A DNA stretch of 63,897 bases, counting the filler, from Octopus bimaculoides (Eukaryota): assembly GCF_001194135.2 (NCBI RefSeq). It is 10 parts of 10 records of this genome, joined end to end, with 100 filler letters (N's around TTAATTAATTAA, not from the genome) between each part and the next. Parts side by side here need not be neighbours in the genome. Positions count along the whole stretch, not along the records: positions 6,057 to 16,080 come from NC_069005.1; positions 16,181 to 19,097 come from NW_026410947.1; positions 19,198 to 29,176 come from NC_068990.1; 7 more parts are not named here. One strand, given 5' to 3'. Position 1 is the stretch's first letter. Each line of letters begins with the position of its first letter. The notes under the pieces are model-generated. The model was not told the DNA's origin. It was given only the letters and a program-made list of their open reading frames with translations, and ran no database searches. This document shows, piece by piece, positions 12,250 to 26,185 of the stretch. The position numbers were made by a program, and so were the translations under genes.

Positions 12250-13387
12250 TCTCTCTCTCTCTCTCTCTTTCACACACACACTCTCTCTCTCTCTTCTGTC
12301 AATATATATTTGATGATTGTTTCATTTGATGATGACCAAGAGACTGACAAAACGGAACTTCTCTCAATCTAAATTTGCTCTTTTCTTGCTATTATAACAA
12401 TCATTTCCCCCTCTCCTCCTCTCTCTCGCACACACTCATATACAACAGGCTTCCACACAGTTTCCGTCTACCAAATTCACTCGGACGGGGCTATAATAAA
12501 AGACACTTGCCCAAAATGCCAATATTTAAAATAAATCCTAAAGAACCTACAATATTTGGAAAAAAAGGATATACTTTCATTGAAGTTTTTGACATTTTTC
12601 TGTTCAGAAGCCGTAATAAAAGTAATTCAGAAGCCGTAATAGAATAAAACGATTCTCAGAAATACGACAGAGAAAAAGAGAAACTAAACTTTAATTCAAA
12701 AGCAAAGAGCCAATATATTATCTGTTCCCAGATTTTATGACAAGTGAAAATAATCGCAATTTCACGCCAATTTACCTCTGTTAAATTGGTTATCAACCCA
12801 ACTTCATGGCAGCTACACTCAATACCGTTTCAAGTTCAATATTAACGAACACTTCTTTGTCCATTGTTCCGTAACACGAACCTTTAACAGGATATAACTT
12901 CGTTTCTTGACATTAAAAGTTAAAAGCAAAAAAAGCTTCCTAGAGAAAGATTGTAGTCTTTCAGAAAAAAAATGAGAGCCCATGAGAGAAACAGAAAAAT
13001 AGAGAGAGAGAGAGAGAGAGTCATTCGTACATGTGTCAAGATTCCAAGAAGCCCAATGAAATATCCGACATCCGACTCATTAAACATGCATACATACATA
13101 TATACATCCATCCATCCACCCATCCAGCCATACATACATATATACATACGTACATACATAGGCACCGACATTTAAATGTGTGTATATAGATGTGTGTGTG
13201 TGTATGTATATATATATATATATATGCATGTGCATGTATGTACTTATATATACACACATGCATATACATACACACATATTTATATAGGTGTGTGGATGAG
13301 TGTGTGTATGTATGTGTGCGTGTGTATATATATATATAATTTACATATATATATATGTTTGTGTGTGTGTATACATATATACATGTG

Positions 13388-13438
<51 letters not shown>

Positions 13439-13755
13439 GAATATACGTAAAAGAGAGATCAAAAAACATTGCGATTCATCTCCAGAGCAACGAGACAATC
13501 CTAAACGCTGTCAAAATTATCCATCAACTGTGAAGATTTGCGTGGGAATTTGCGGCTGCTGCCATTTCTATAATTTGGTTGCGCTTGTACACTGCAGTGC
13601 TATAACATTACTCTTCTTATTCTTCAGTTCTTGAAAGGATAGCAGGGGTGGTAGATTTGTAGACACGTTGGAGCGTGGAACAAATTGTCTTGCAGTATTT
13701 TGTTACATAATTACGCTTCCCTGACAAAGTTTAAAAACATTGAAATACGTCTCTC

Positions 13756-13799
<44 letters not shown>

Positions 13800-14208
13800 A
13801 ATGTAATTTAGATTCAGTTGTATTAGGTACTTCAATTGAGGCACCTTGTTAGGACGAACTTATTTGCACACTCAAACGATATTAGGTGAGTATCAAACTC
13901 TACATAGAATTTTTTCCACCCGATATTCTTGTAATATATGCAGATGGCACGACCAAACTTAATGAATAAATCGGCTCCTGTTTGTTCTGACATGTACTTT
14001 ATATAAAGATACTTTTCACATACTTCCGAAGTGTAGATTTCAGTGTAGGTAAGTAATAAAATATAAATGACTAACAGAGATGTATAAATGTCAATTCCTT
14101 ACGGCCGTTTCGAACGACTCCTTCAATTGATTAATGAAAGCATTACATCGTTACGAAGAAATCCGTTCTCATCAGATGTCCGCATAGTCTTCAAGCATAC
14201 AGTTCAAA

Positions 14209-14365
14209 TTAGATATTTAAACAAATTCACAGCATCAACAAAGAGCAAATATTTACAATGATTCCGCTACTAAAATGCTTGCAGGGCACTGCCAAAAAAT
14301 TCAGCAGTGGAATCATTGTAAATATTTGTCCTCTGTTCATGATATGAATATGTTTAAATATCTAA
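14209..14365. repeat. Imperfect inverted repeat (~65-bp arms, ~25-nt loop); old MITE or hairpin
   Basis: TTAGATATTTAAACA...CAAATATTTACAATGATTCC pairs with GGAATCATTGTAAATATTTG...TGTTTAAATATCTAA. Confidence 0.85.
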
Positions 14366-15146
14366 CTTGTCCTTTATGCTTAGGTCCGTGAGGTCATCTA
14401 ATGAGAAAGGTTTTCTTTGTAATGATATAATGCTTACATTGATCTATTAAAGGAATTGCTTGAAATGGCCGTAACGAATCGACACTTATACAGCTTTGCA
14501 ACTCATNNNNNNNNNNNNNNNNNNNNNNNNNNNNNNNNNNNNNNNNNNNNNNNNNNNNNNNNNNNNNNNNNNNNNNNNNNNNNNNNNNNNNNNNNNNNNN
14601 NNNNNNNNNNNNNNNNNNNNNNNNNNNNNNNNNNNNNNNNNNNNNNNNNNNNNNNNNNNNNNNNNNNNNNNNNNNNNNNNNNNNNNNNNNNNNNNNNNNN
14701 NNNNNNNNNNNNNNNNNNNNNNNNNNNNNNNNNNNNNNNNNNNNNNNNNNNNNNNNNNNNNNNNNNNNNNNNNNNNNNNNNNNNNNNNNNNNNNNNNNNN
14801 NNNNNNNNNNNNNNNNNNNNNNNNNNNNNNNNNNNNNNNNNNNNNNNNNNNNNNNNNNNNNNNNNNNNNNNNNNNNNNNNNNNNNNNNNNNNNNNNNNNN
14901 NNNNNNNNNNNNNNNNNNNNNNNNNNNNNNNNNNNNNNNNNNNNNNNNNNNNNNNNNNNNNNNNNNNNNNNNNNNNNNNNNNNNNNNNNNNNNNNNNNNN
15001 NNNNNNNNNNNNNNNNNNNNNNNNNNNNNNNNNNNNNNNNNNNNNNNNNNNNNNNNNNNNNNNNNNNNNNNNNNNNNNNNNNNNNNNNNNNNNNNNNNNN
15101 NNNNNNNNNNNNNNNNNNNNNNNNNNNNNNNNNNNNNNNNNNNNNN

Positions 15147-15438
15147 CGCGAGTTCGTGAGTTCGATTTCCGGGCCGGGATGCGTGTTGTGTTCTTGAGCA
15201 AGACACTTTATTTCACGTTGCTCCAGGTAACTCAGCTGTAGAAATGAGTTGCGACGTCACTGGTGCCAAGCTGTATCGGCCTTTGCCTTTTCCTTGGATA
15301 ATATCAGTGGTGAGGAGAGGGGAGGCTGGTATGCATGGGCGACTGCTGGCCTTCCACAAACAACATTGCCCGGACTGTGCCTCGGAGGGTAACTTTCTAG
15401 GTGCAGTCCCATGGTCATTCATGACCGAAGGGGGTCTC
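15147..15438 (+). mobile_element. tRNA-derived SINE family C
   Basis: GAGTTCGATTTCC...TTCTTGAGCAAGACACTTTATTTCACGTTGCTCCAG...ATGACCGAAGGGGGTCT; matches 30557, 33172 and 33517. Confidence 0.85.
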
Positions 15439-15759
15439 CTTATATATATATATGTATATGTATATATGTATAGATACATATACGAATATACATATGTCTA
15501 TGCATATATATATATATATGTATATATACACACATATATGTATATATATATACGCATATATGTATATGTATATATGTATGTATATATATATGCATATATA
15601 CTCATATATGTACAAATGTGAATATATATATGTGTATATACATGTATGTATATATGTATATATACACATGTATATATGCATATATATGTATAGAGAGATA
15701 TATGCATATATATATATGTATATATATATATGTATATATAGTTGAAATTTACAGTAAAA

Positions 15760-15860
15760 CAAAAGACGAAGGAAGGTTTATTAGTTTAACGCTCGGGAAA
15801 TCGGAAGTGTTTTACGTTTCGAGCAAACGCTCTTCAACAGAAACGAAAAAGAGAATATAA
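15760..15860 (-). mobile_element. Short hammerhead-like repeat family copy
   Basis: Minus strand: GTTT-CTGTTGA-A-GAGC-GTTT-GCTC-GAAAC-GTA-AAAC...CCCGAGCGTTAAACTAATA. Confidence 0.7.
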
Positions 15861-15939
15861 ACATAGCTAATGTGAAAATCACGGTGGTGCACCAGCATGA
15901 CCGCAGCCACTTGGCTGAAACACATAAATAAATAAATAA

Positions 15940-15980
<41 letters not shown>

Positions 15981-16021
15981 CATAGACGTATATATGAATA
16001 TATACATATATAGATGTATAC

Positions 16022-16062
<41 letters not shown>

Positions 16063-16080
16063 CATAGACGTATATATGAA

Positions 16081-16180
16081 NNNNNNNNNNNNNNNNNNNN
16101 NNNNNNNNNNNNNNNNNNNNNNNNTTAATTAATTAANNNNNNNNNNNNNNNNNNNNNNNNNNNNNNNNNNNNNNNNNNNN
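16081..16180. other. Artificial contig-join spacer
   Basis: N-TTAATTAATTAA-N, 100 nt. Confidence 0.9.
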
Positions 16181-16247
16181 TATGTATACATATATATGTA
16201 TATATATATATATAAATATATATATATATACACGTATATATATATAC

Positions 16248-16278
<31 letters not shown>

Positions 16279-16403
16279 CACGTATATATATACATATATA
16301 TATATATAAATATATACATATACACGTATATATATATAAATATATATATATATACACGTATATATATACATATATATATATATATAAATATATACATATA
16401 CAC

Positions 16404-16469
<66 letters not shown>

Positions 16470-16769
16470 GCTATAACACATTTATGCTTATATACATATA
16501 TACAATTAAATGTGCGTGTATATTTATTTATATGTAAATGTGTGTGTGTTTGTGTACATGTGTATGTGTGTTCATGCACCTCACATCTCATTTCTGTATA
16601 CCAGCACATTCAGACATGCACCACAAAAAATATATATCTAGGCTTGCACACACATATACAGACACACACCTCCATACGTATATATACCTACATATATAGA
16701 TATTATATATATCCCTGTGTGTACGTAGGTATTTGCGTGCGTGTGTATATGACGAAGAGGGGAAATATC

Positions 16770-16803
<34 letters not shown>

Positions 16804-16876
16804 CACGGCTATGTATGAGAGTGTTTATATTAAAGTTACCTGTGCGTGTGTGCCTGTCTCATGCGTATGTACTATG

Positions 16877-16907
<31 letters not shown>

Positions 16908-17106
16908 TCACAGACACACACTCAGGCACATAAACATACATGCACACAAACACAAACATATATATATGTATGGATATGTATATTTATGTATATAATAGCG
17001 GAGTAATTATCGATATTTTAATCATGATTTCATAATGCGGTTGAAACAAGTTTCGACACGCCTGTGATTGACATCGTACACACTGACATACACACATTTA
17101 CACATG

Positions 17107-17138
<32 letters not shown>

Positions 17139-17155
17139 TGTGTATGAATGTATGA

Positions 17156-17189
<34 letters not shown>

Positions 17190-17236
17190 GTGTGTATATA
17201 CGCATGCACATATTGTTTATGAACTGTACATTCACT

Positions 17237-17301
<65 letters not shown>

Positions 17302-17420
17302 GTGTGTGTGTGTGTGTGCGTGTGTAGATGTATATGCATGTACAGATAGATGTATATATGTATATATATATAGATATACATATATATGTATGCTTATATA
17401 TATATGTATATATACATATA

Positions 17421-17503
<83 letters not shown>

Positions 17504-17560
17504 GTACACACATACACACATGCATATATACATATATATATATGCGTTTATATAAAGTAT
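16181..17560. repeat. (TA)/(TG)/(TAGA)-rich microsatellite field
   Basis: Direct inspection. Confidence 0.9.
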
Positions 17561-17999
17561 ATTCACACGCCGATTACCCTTTGTACATATGTATATCGCA
17601 TTATGTGTGCTGTCAATGCGTGACTGTAAAAGTCTATGAGTGTATATATATCAGTTTTTTGAAAGTGGTTACGTTACCGTGAAATCGTACTCGCTCAATT
17701 TAGCTGAGAGTCATTTTAACAGTATGTAGTCCGCATCTGTACTTGCATAATCATGAATACATACATACGTATCAGCATAAATATATACACACTTACACAC
17801 ATACATGTATACACATACATATACACACACACACATGTATATATGTATGTATANNNNNNNNNNNNNNNNNNNNNNNNNNNNNNNNNNNNNNNNNNNNNNN
17901 NNNNNNNNNNNNNNNNNNNNNNNNNNNNNNNNNNNNNNNNNNNNNNNNNNNNNNNNNNNNNNNNNNNNNNATTATATGTATATTATATATTTTTATTGT

Positions 18000-18290
18000 T
18001 TTAACTGTTTCAGTTATTAGACTGCCGCCATGCACCGCCTTTTAGTTACAGAAATGAACCGCATGACTTTTTCTTTTTAAGCATAGTACTAATTCCATCG
18101 GTGTCTTTTGCCGAACTGCTAATTTAAAATGACGTAAGTACAACAACATTAGGTGTTAAGCGATGGTGGGGTTCATTTCCATTGCGTAGCACCTTGGGCA
18201 AGTGTCGTCCACTATAGCCTCAGGCCAACCCAAAGCTTTGTGAGTGGATTTGGTAGACGAAAACTGAAAGAATCTCGTCGTGTGTGTATA
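18000..18290. mobile_element. SINE family B halves fused in opposite orientation
   Basis: Minus-strand 3' half (to ~18170) joined to plus-strand 5' half (GCACCTTGGGCAAGTGTC...GAAAACTGAAAGAA). Confidence 0.6.
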
Positions 18291-18524
18291 TATATATATA
18301 TATGTGTGTGTGTATGTGTGTGTGTATGTAGCTATGGACCTTCTCCACAAGGGATTTTTTCTTCTTATAGTGATATAGAGAATCTTGGTAGGTATACAAA
18401 CGAAACTTTTAAATTTTAGCTTTTTTTTTTTTCTTTGGCTCCTCTCATCCTATTAACACCATAAATCATTCCTCTTCGTTAAGGAGAGGCGAATTTTATG
18501 GACTGGAACGTCTTCAAATGGAGA

Positions 18525-18730
18525 TTTTTAGGGCAATGGAGTACCTTTAGAGCGATGAAAATATCTTTGGGGTAATGGAGTAATGTTAAGGCAACGGAGT
18601 ATCTTTAGGGCAATGAAATATCTTAAGGCAACGAAGTATTTTTAGGACAACGGAATATCTTTATGGCAATGGAATATCTTTAGGGCAATGAAGTATATTT
18701 AGAGCAATGGAATATCCTTAAGGCAATAAA
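18525..18730. repeat. ~20-bp minisatellite (GCAATGGAATATCTTTAGGG), about 10 diverged units
   Basis: Direct inspection. Confidence 0.85.
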
Positions 18731-19097
18731 CCATTTTTTAAAGTATTATTTGCTGGCTGACATCATACGATACTTTCGAAGTTCAACACTGAGCTTGGAA
18801 AGTTTAAAATCCATCTGACAGAGGTACACTGGCTTGGGGAGTATGGAACCAACTCTTAGCCATATTGCTCCCATGTTTATTCCGAACCGGATTAGTAGAA
18901 CTTGTTAGGGTTCTAGCTGTGGGTTAACTAGCTTGGGAATCCTTGAAAGTGAAGGAGCTTTAGTTCTCGTTAGAACTAACGTCTGAGAGAAGGTAGTCTC
19001 GGTAAAAAAAAAACTAACAAATAAACAAGCAAACCTGAAGTGCAGTTTATTTCTCGGTCGTCTCAACCTCACTTGTGCCACTGTTTTTTTTTTTTTT

Positions 19098-19197
19098 NNN
19101 NNNNNNNNNNNNNNNNNNNNNNNNNNNNNNNNNNNNNNNNNTTAATTAATTAANNNNNNNNNNNNNNNNNNNNNNNNNNNNNNNNNNNNNNNNNNNN
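19098..19197. other. Artificial contig-join spacer
   Basis: 44N-TTAATTAATTAA-44N. Confidence 0.9.
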
Positions 19198-19290
19198 TAT
19201 ATATGAATATCTGTGTGCGTGTACATTTAAAGCCAGAAAGAATGATAGAGAACTAGAGTGAGAAAGAGAGAAGTAGAAAGGTAGAGAGAG

Positions 19291-19339
<49 letters not shown>

Positions 19340-22284
19340 AGAGATGTAGTAATAATGATAATAATAACGTTAATGATAATAAAGATAATAATAATATTTT
19401 CAACAATTACTCCGGAAGGTTTCGCTGATTTCGTATTCTTTGAATGGTAATTTATTAATAGAATTAAGAAAATAAACGAATAAAGCAGCAAAAGCAGTCG
19501 CAGACTCTCTAAAGAGACGCAAGGAACATTTGCTGTTTCATTCTATCACCGTAGTTGTAATTATATCTTTTCTCTAGACAACAAAAGTCAGTGCATTGAT
19601 ACAACATGTATTTTTTGTCGCCCTATGTGAATTAATTAGATTTTATCTAGCGCGTATTAATTTCCTGTGTTGCAAATTGCAGTTATTCTGTTTATTTACT
19701 CTTCTAACACAGAAATTATATTTTCTTTGTTAATACTTTCTTACATAGGAAGAAGAAATACATAGAGAGAGAATTTATTTCAGGTGAAAGATAATATGAA
19801 ATTGCAGTGTTCATGGCTATACTGAAGTTTAAGATCTGTACCTATTTGTTGTGTAAGGAAATGCAAATTCAGTCTGTCTAGCAGTCACTAATATTCATAT
19901 ACACCCGCACGTACACATACTCCCACGCAAGTATATGTGCATACATACATGCACACACATACATAATATATATATATATNNNNNNNNNNAACAAATTGAC
20001 CAACATCGGTTAATTATTTTTTAATACAAAACTTAACATCGCTTACGGCCGTTTCCGCTACCAATGTCAGTCGGCGCCTACAAAGAAAATTCCGAAAATA
20101 ATATTCCTCATCTTTATAGCACATCCAATCTAGTACATGGAACCTCATCAGAGTGAATTCGAACACATAAATAAAAGAAGGGAAGAAGAAAGAGGAAAGA
20201 ACAGGGCCTTGAGATGAGGCAAGAAGGCTCAATAAATTAGAATTATACCATTTTGTAGTGTGAAGCTTGAGATAGATGGGCAAATGAGTAAACTAGCAAA
20301 TAATTTATGGGTTATCTCTTTTTATAGGGTGCCAGCGTGTATAAATAATAGTAAAATAGCACTAGTAAAACTAGTGCTAAAGTAAAACAGGAATCGCCAA
20401 TAAGTCTAGAAAAAGGATAGTACTTACGATTTCGTAAATAGAGCTAATTAATATTTAACCAAAAACATACTCCTAAAGATATAGTATACTTACTGAAATA
20501 TTCTAGAGACCAACCACCTGTTGTCCGTAATGGAGTTGAATAAAGTCCAGCCATCTCTACAATTGGTAGTTACATCTAAAAGGGAAAACTGAGAACGTTA
20601 CAGGGGTAGACGTAAATAAAGAAGTAAATAAGCCAGTAAATAAAAGGAGTGCGGAGAAGACTATGTCATAAGTGGCACGAGGCCGCTTATACCCTTCTAC
20701 ACCATCTCAACATAAAATAAAATGCAAAAAGAAAAAAAAAAGAAATAAATACTAGCAACCATACGGCAATAACTTTCTGACAGTTAATGGGAGACTAATG
20801 TGAGGAGATGTGGTTACTGGTGGATTCACCTTCGGAATATAATGCTAAATGTAACATCTTAAATAGCCAGCATATTTCCAAGTGGTGTTTATACTAGACG
20901 AACAAGTAAATGTCTACAATTTCCAGAGTGCGTTCTGCCTGTTTGACATACGAGAGGGCAAAAGTACAAAACCCCCAAACAGTTAAACGATTTCAAGTTA
21001 AATCACTTGCTAATTACTAACATAGTTACAAATCCAAGGTTGTACTACAGTTTACTTAACCTTACTTAATATATATTATAATTAATATTAGATTGTTCAT
21101 ATCACTAAACTTGTCGTTATATTAACCCTTGCGTGGGTGCAGCCATATGGTGTCTACCACAAAATTTCACTTCCATTCATGCACAATATGCCTAAGGGTA
21201 ATAATAGCTCATGGGATGGCGTCTACTGCAGTGCCAAATACAGACCTATACACACTAGAGAGGGGTGCAGTTAACATCAAGTTGTTAAAATTAATTAATG
21301 TTCTACGGGTAGGGGCACAAATGTTTCATAAATGGGTAGGTCTAATTGGGTTCACTATGAATGGAGATAGATTAGTATGCTGACTGAAAATTAAATCCAG
21401 ATTGAAGCTAGTGAAAACAGCTCACTCATGGTATAAAAGGTTCAGATAAGTAAAATTAGTTGCCAGTACAGCCTTAGCTGGGATGGCGGGTACAGGCTCC
21501 CTTGAGCGGGGGGAGGGGTAATTATTGGGGGTTAATTACTGACGCAATCTGCATTCCAAATTAGGATCACGATCGAAAGAACTAGTATTTGTTAAAAGGG
21601 TGAGTAGATTATAATTAGGAGAAATGGCTTAATAAATATACATATATTATGTAATCAGTTGTTATGGATGGGGAGTGGGATTTCAACTCGGATATGTTGA
21701 TTAAAAGATGGGGATATTACTATTGGAACACCCGTAAGGGACCCAGGTATGTAACACTATTGAACTAGCTTTAATTTAGGAGTATATATATGCCTTCATT
21801 TAATATCGAGAACTAGTATTTCTGTGGTGAAGGCTCCGGGTGCTATTTTGGGGGATGGTGCAAGGGTTTCTAATGCTATTTATATGTAGCGAAGGTAAAC
21901 TCTTGTTTATTCTATTATTACCTGTAACCTATGAGCATAGTCTGCTTGCATACCCATGCCCAGCGTTAACATAGGTAGTTGATACCAGTGGTAAGAATGG
22001 ATAATCTTATACCTTAGACAGTTATTCCAGCCGCTAACTCTGCTTATGTATGTATGTATATATGCATGTTATCAATTAGTTTCATTTCTGTATTTCTTGT
22101 CCATAGAGAAAGAGCCGGACTCTAACATAGATTCAAGGCTCCTCCATTGGAACTTTTATCAACATCATCTAGGTATTTGTGCATATGTGTGTGTGTGTGT
22201 GCAGTATTTGGTGTTAGTGTATGCGCAGATATGTATGTTTGTTTTATGGATGCGTTTTTATGTCTAGATGCATACATATGTATT

Positions 22285-22808
22285 TATGTGCTAAATTTTT
22301 GGAAAGTTTTACATATCTTTACAGTTCCATTGATGGCTTGAATCTGTAGTCTAATCAGCCTTTTTCTTTCAGGTTTGGGAACCCTAATTTTTCCAGGTTT
22401 TTGTTGAGGCAGTTCGTTACATATCCCAATGCCCCAACAATCACGGGTATGAATCTGAACTTGTAGTCTGGGTGGAGTATCTGCAAATTTCTCAGTAGCT
22501 CGGCGTAGTTGTTCTCTTTTTCTCTAATCTTTAGCGTGATGTTGACATCCACAAGACAGCTGATTTCTACTACTGTACAGAATTTTTCTTCTCTGTCCCA
22601 GATTACTATATCCGGTCTATTATGTCTGCACTTTATTGAGGTTTTTATTGGGACATTTCACCAATACTCTTTCATATTGTGAGTGGTAATGGCCTCTACC
22701 TCATTATGAGTTTTCATCTCCTTAGCCCCGGGGTTATCCTGTCGGCGGATTTCATTGTACAGTGTCTTTGCCACAACATCATGTCTCATAGGTAGGTAAT
22801 ACCTTGAT
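22285..22808 (-). mobile_element. Non-LTR retrotransposon 3' fragment with restriction-like endonuclease (R4/Dong/NeSL-type)
   Basis: YLPMRHDVVAKTLY...HNRPDIVIWDREEKFCTVVEISC...KENNYAEL...IPVIVGALG...QIQAINGTVKICKTF; RHD, PD..E..K and G.LG motifs; a stop and a frameshift. Confidence 0.8.
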
Positions 22809-23479
22809 GTATGTATGTATGTATGTATGTATGAATGTATTTATATATGTATGTATGTATATATGTATGTATGTATATATGTATGTATGTATGTATGCAT
22901 GTATGNNNNNNNNNNNNNNNNNNNNNNNNNNNNNNNNNNNNNNNNNNNNNNNNNNNNNNNNNNNNNNNNNNNNNNNNNNNNNNNNNNNNNNNNNNNNNNN
23001 NNNNNNNNNNNNNNNNNNNNNNNNNNNNNNNNNNNNNNNNNNNNNNNNNNNNNNNNNNNNNNNNNNNNNNNNNNNNNNNNNNNNNNNNNNNNNNNNNNNN
23101 NNNNNNNNNNNNNNNNNNNNNNNNNNNNNNNNNNNNNNNNNNNNNNNNNNNNNNNNNNNNNNNNNNNNNNNNNNNNNNNNNNNNNNNNNNNNNNNNNNNN
23201 NNNNNNNNNNNNNNNNNNNNNNNNNNNNNNNNNNNNNNNNNNNNNNNNNNNNNNNNNNNNNNNNNNNNNNNNNNNNNNNNNNNNNNNNNNNNNNNNNNNN
23301 NNNNNNNNNNNNNNNNNNNNNNNNNNNNNNNNNNNNNNNNNNNNNNNNNNNNNNNNNNNNNNNNNNNNNNNNNNNNNNNNNNNNNNNNNNNNNNNNNNNN
23401 NNNNNNNNNNNNNNNNNNNNNNNNNNNNNNNNNNNNNNNNNNNNNNNNNNNNNNNNNNNNNTATATATATATATATATA

Positions 23480-24230
23480 TATTTGAACGCCACGCATCCT
23501 CTTCCAAGTAAGTTTAATCTTAATAATTCTGATGCGCACTCTATTCTATCTTTTTACACTTTCGTTTTTCTCTCTTCCTCTCTCTTATTCTTTTACCTTC
23601 TCTTCTCACACAATCCTGTCCTATTACTGTTTCGTTTTTCTCTCTTCTTTTCTCTTATTCTTCTACCTCCTCTTCTCCCCTCCTGTTTTTCTCTCACATA
23701 TCCTTTCTCCACTTTTTCCTCTCCCCTTCACAGTTCTCTGTCTGTCACTCTCTCTCCCTTGCTCACGTAGCTCCCACCTGACCATCCGCCATCTTTCTTC
23801 CTTCTCTTAACTTGTGTTATTTTCTTTCTTTTCGTTGTAGGTGTATCAAGGAAGACGTGTTGTTGTCTCACTCCTGTCCAAGCTTGATTTACGCTTTCAC
23901 CACCACAACCTCGTTTAGGCTTAATAACCCTTGTCTTTTGTTTTCACTGTCCTGTTTTTGTTACCAATTTTGGCCTCCCGCAAAATCCCAAATTTTATTT
24001 AATTTCCTTTGCAGGAGCAACTGTTTTATCGAAAGTGTATATTGTTTTGGAATGCTAGAAATACGAGTGTAGAAAAACAGCCAACAACTAATGAAGGGTC
24101 GTTCTTTATGTTATTTGTATTGCTTTCCATTTGTGTTTTTTGTTGTCCGAAAAAATAGTTCATATTCCTTATACTCATACTTCGTATTTTTTGTTGTACA
24201 CGTTTCGTGACGTCATGTGTCCACATGTGC
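23480..24230 (+). mobile_element. Probable Penelope 3' tail / pseudo-LTR remnant (family E)
   Basis: Pyrimidine-rich tract then ACAACTAATGAAGGG...TTCTTTATG...GACGTC; 3' part shared with 53595-53830 and 57200-57410. Confidence 0.4.
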
Positions 24231-24298
24231 ATATATATGTATATACGTATAGATGAAGGTATGTACATATAAGTATGTATATATGCATATATATATTA

Positions 24299-24345
<47 letters not shown>

Positions 24346-24350
24346 CATAC

Positions 24351-24389
<39 letters not shown>

Positions 24390-25854
24390 TATTTCTACAT
24401 CGAAGTCACCTGCCCTTGATGAAAGAGTTAGAAAATGCTTTGATTTATCTGAGTGTACTTGATAATCTAGACCACTCTTGATTTATCCTTCTCCAACGCA
24501 CTTTGAGACAGTTAAATTAAGCGTGAACTAGATAGTTGTCCAGTAGTTGTCACTCATATAAATCAAAACATATTTTCCAAACTTTTCTTCCACGGGAAGT
24601 AGCCCTAGTATAGGAAGTCGGCTATAAGAGAGATCTATCCCGAGTATGTATGGAAGTAGAAAAGAGCAGATAAAGAAACTAAGTTTAATGAGTGTGTACA
24701 TATAGAAATTTGCGAGCACAACTAAGCAAAGAGAATGGCATAAGATTTATACAGGACAGCATACATGCAATTCTAAACATTCTTTCCCTTGATAAGCATC
24801 TTTGCTTCTAGTAAAATTGTGCTTAGAAAATTCCATGCAATGATCCTCCTAATAGTACAGTCCTAATGGTTTTATACATTCTCAAGTTGTTACGCTTAAA
24901 AAAAAAAAAAAAATCGAAATCACTGCGTCTTTTATTCTGTTTCCGTGTCTGAGTATATGTGGCATTTGTTCATTCTGTTGTGTTTTATTCTTTGACAATA
25001 TATGTACATAATATAAAAGTGTTGGAAAGATGTCACCGGAAATATCTCCTCTACATACTCAGAATAAGCTGGTTTTCACTCCTTCATGACACTGAAGTTC
25101 TTGCTGAAGTTAGGATCACATCAATCCAAACCATGCTTATTGGGAATCAACTGCGATGAATAGGCCATCTTACTTGTATATGTATATATAAATATATATA
25201 TATGTTTCTATCACTTTATCTATCGATCTATATATGTAGATATATATCTCCTTCCGATGTGTTCGCAATTATTATCGCGATGAAGAGTAGCTAACCAATT
25301 ATCAAGGAAATTTCAGCAACAAGAAAGAAAAAAAAAACAAAAACAAAAGCAACAACAAAAACCTGGAAATTTTGTTTAATTCCTGTTTTTTGTTCCAAAG
25401 ATTTAACTCATAGAAATCGTAGATTCTTATGGTAATTTAATTATTACTATCACGTGACTTCATTTTATAAATTTCAAAAGATGTTTTGTTATTTCTCCCA
25501 TTTAATTTTCAATTATTAAAATGGCGTGCGCTCTTGTTTTTCATTAAGGTTTGCTATTATTTCTTGTTTTGTATAATGAAATTGGGCAATGTCAGTGTAA
25601 TGTTTGATGGTTACTGGTAAACGAAAGAAACACTTAACACTTTCTAACAAAGAAAGATTCTTCTATTTCTTGATAAATGCCATAGTTTCAGCAACAATTA
25701 GCCCTTCTCTGCCCAAGAGGTTTTCATATGTCTGTCCTAAATGCTCATGCTTGTATTCAAACTCTTATTTAGCCCTTATTTCATGCACTCTGAGTAATAA
25801 AAGCTATATAGTCCTTCATAATTCTGGTGGTTGGAAATAATTTGGGAATATGGT

Positions 25855-26185
25855 CGTATAGGAAGAAGTCTGCTTCCCAATCAGATTGTTCTGTGCCCAG
25901 TGTACACAGTGCGGCACCTTGGGTCAGTGTCTTCTATAGACTCGGGTCGATCAAAGCCTTGTGAATGGGTTAGGTCGGTGGAAAGCGGAAACTGAAAGAA
26001 ACCCGTTGTATACATACGTATACTTGTTTACGTCCCCGTAACTTAGTGGTTCAGCAAAAGTCTCTGAAAGAATAACTATCAGGCTTTAAAAATGTACTGC
26101 GGTCGATTCATTCGACTAAAAACACTTCAAGGCGGTGCACCGGCATGGCCGCAGCCTAATAACTGAAACGAGACAAAATAAGAGA
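25855..26185 (+). mobile_element. SINE family B
   Basis: Matches 59419-59878. Confidence 0.8.

Noticed and set aside
21100-22050. Possible mitochondrial insertion or decayed retroelement
   Set aside because: The frames I translated by eye had frequent stops and no recognisable mitochondrial or RT motifs; a BLASTx search would be needed
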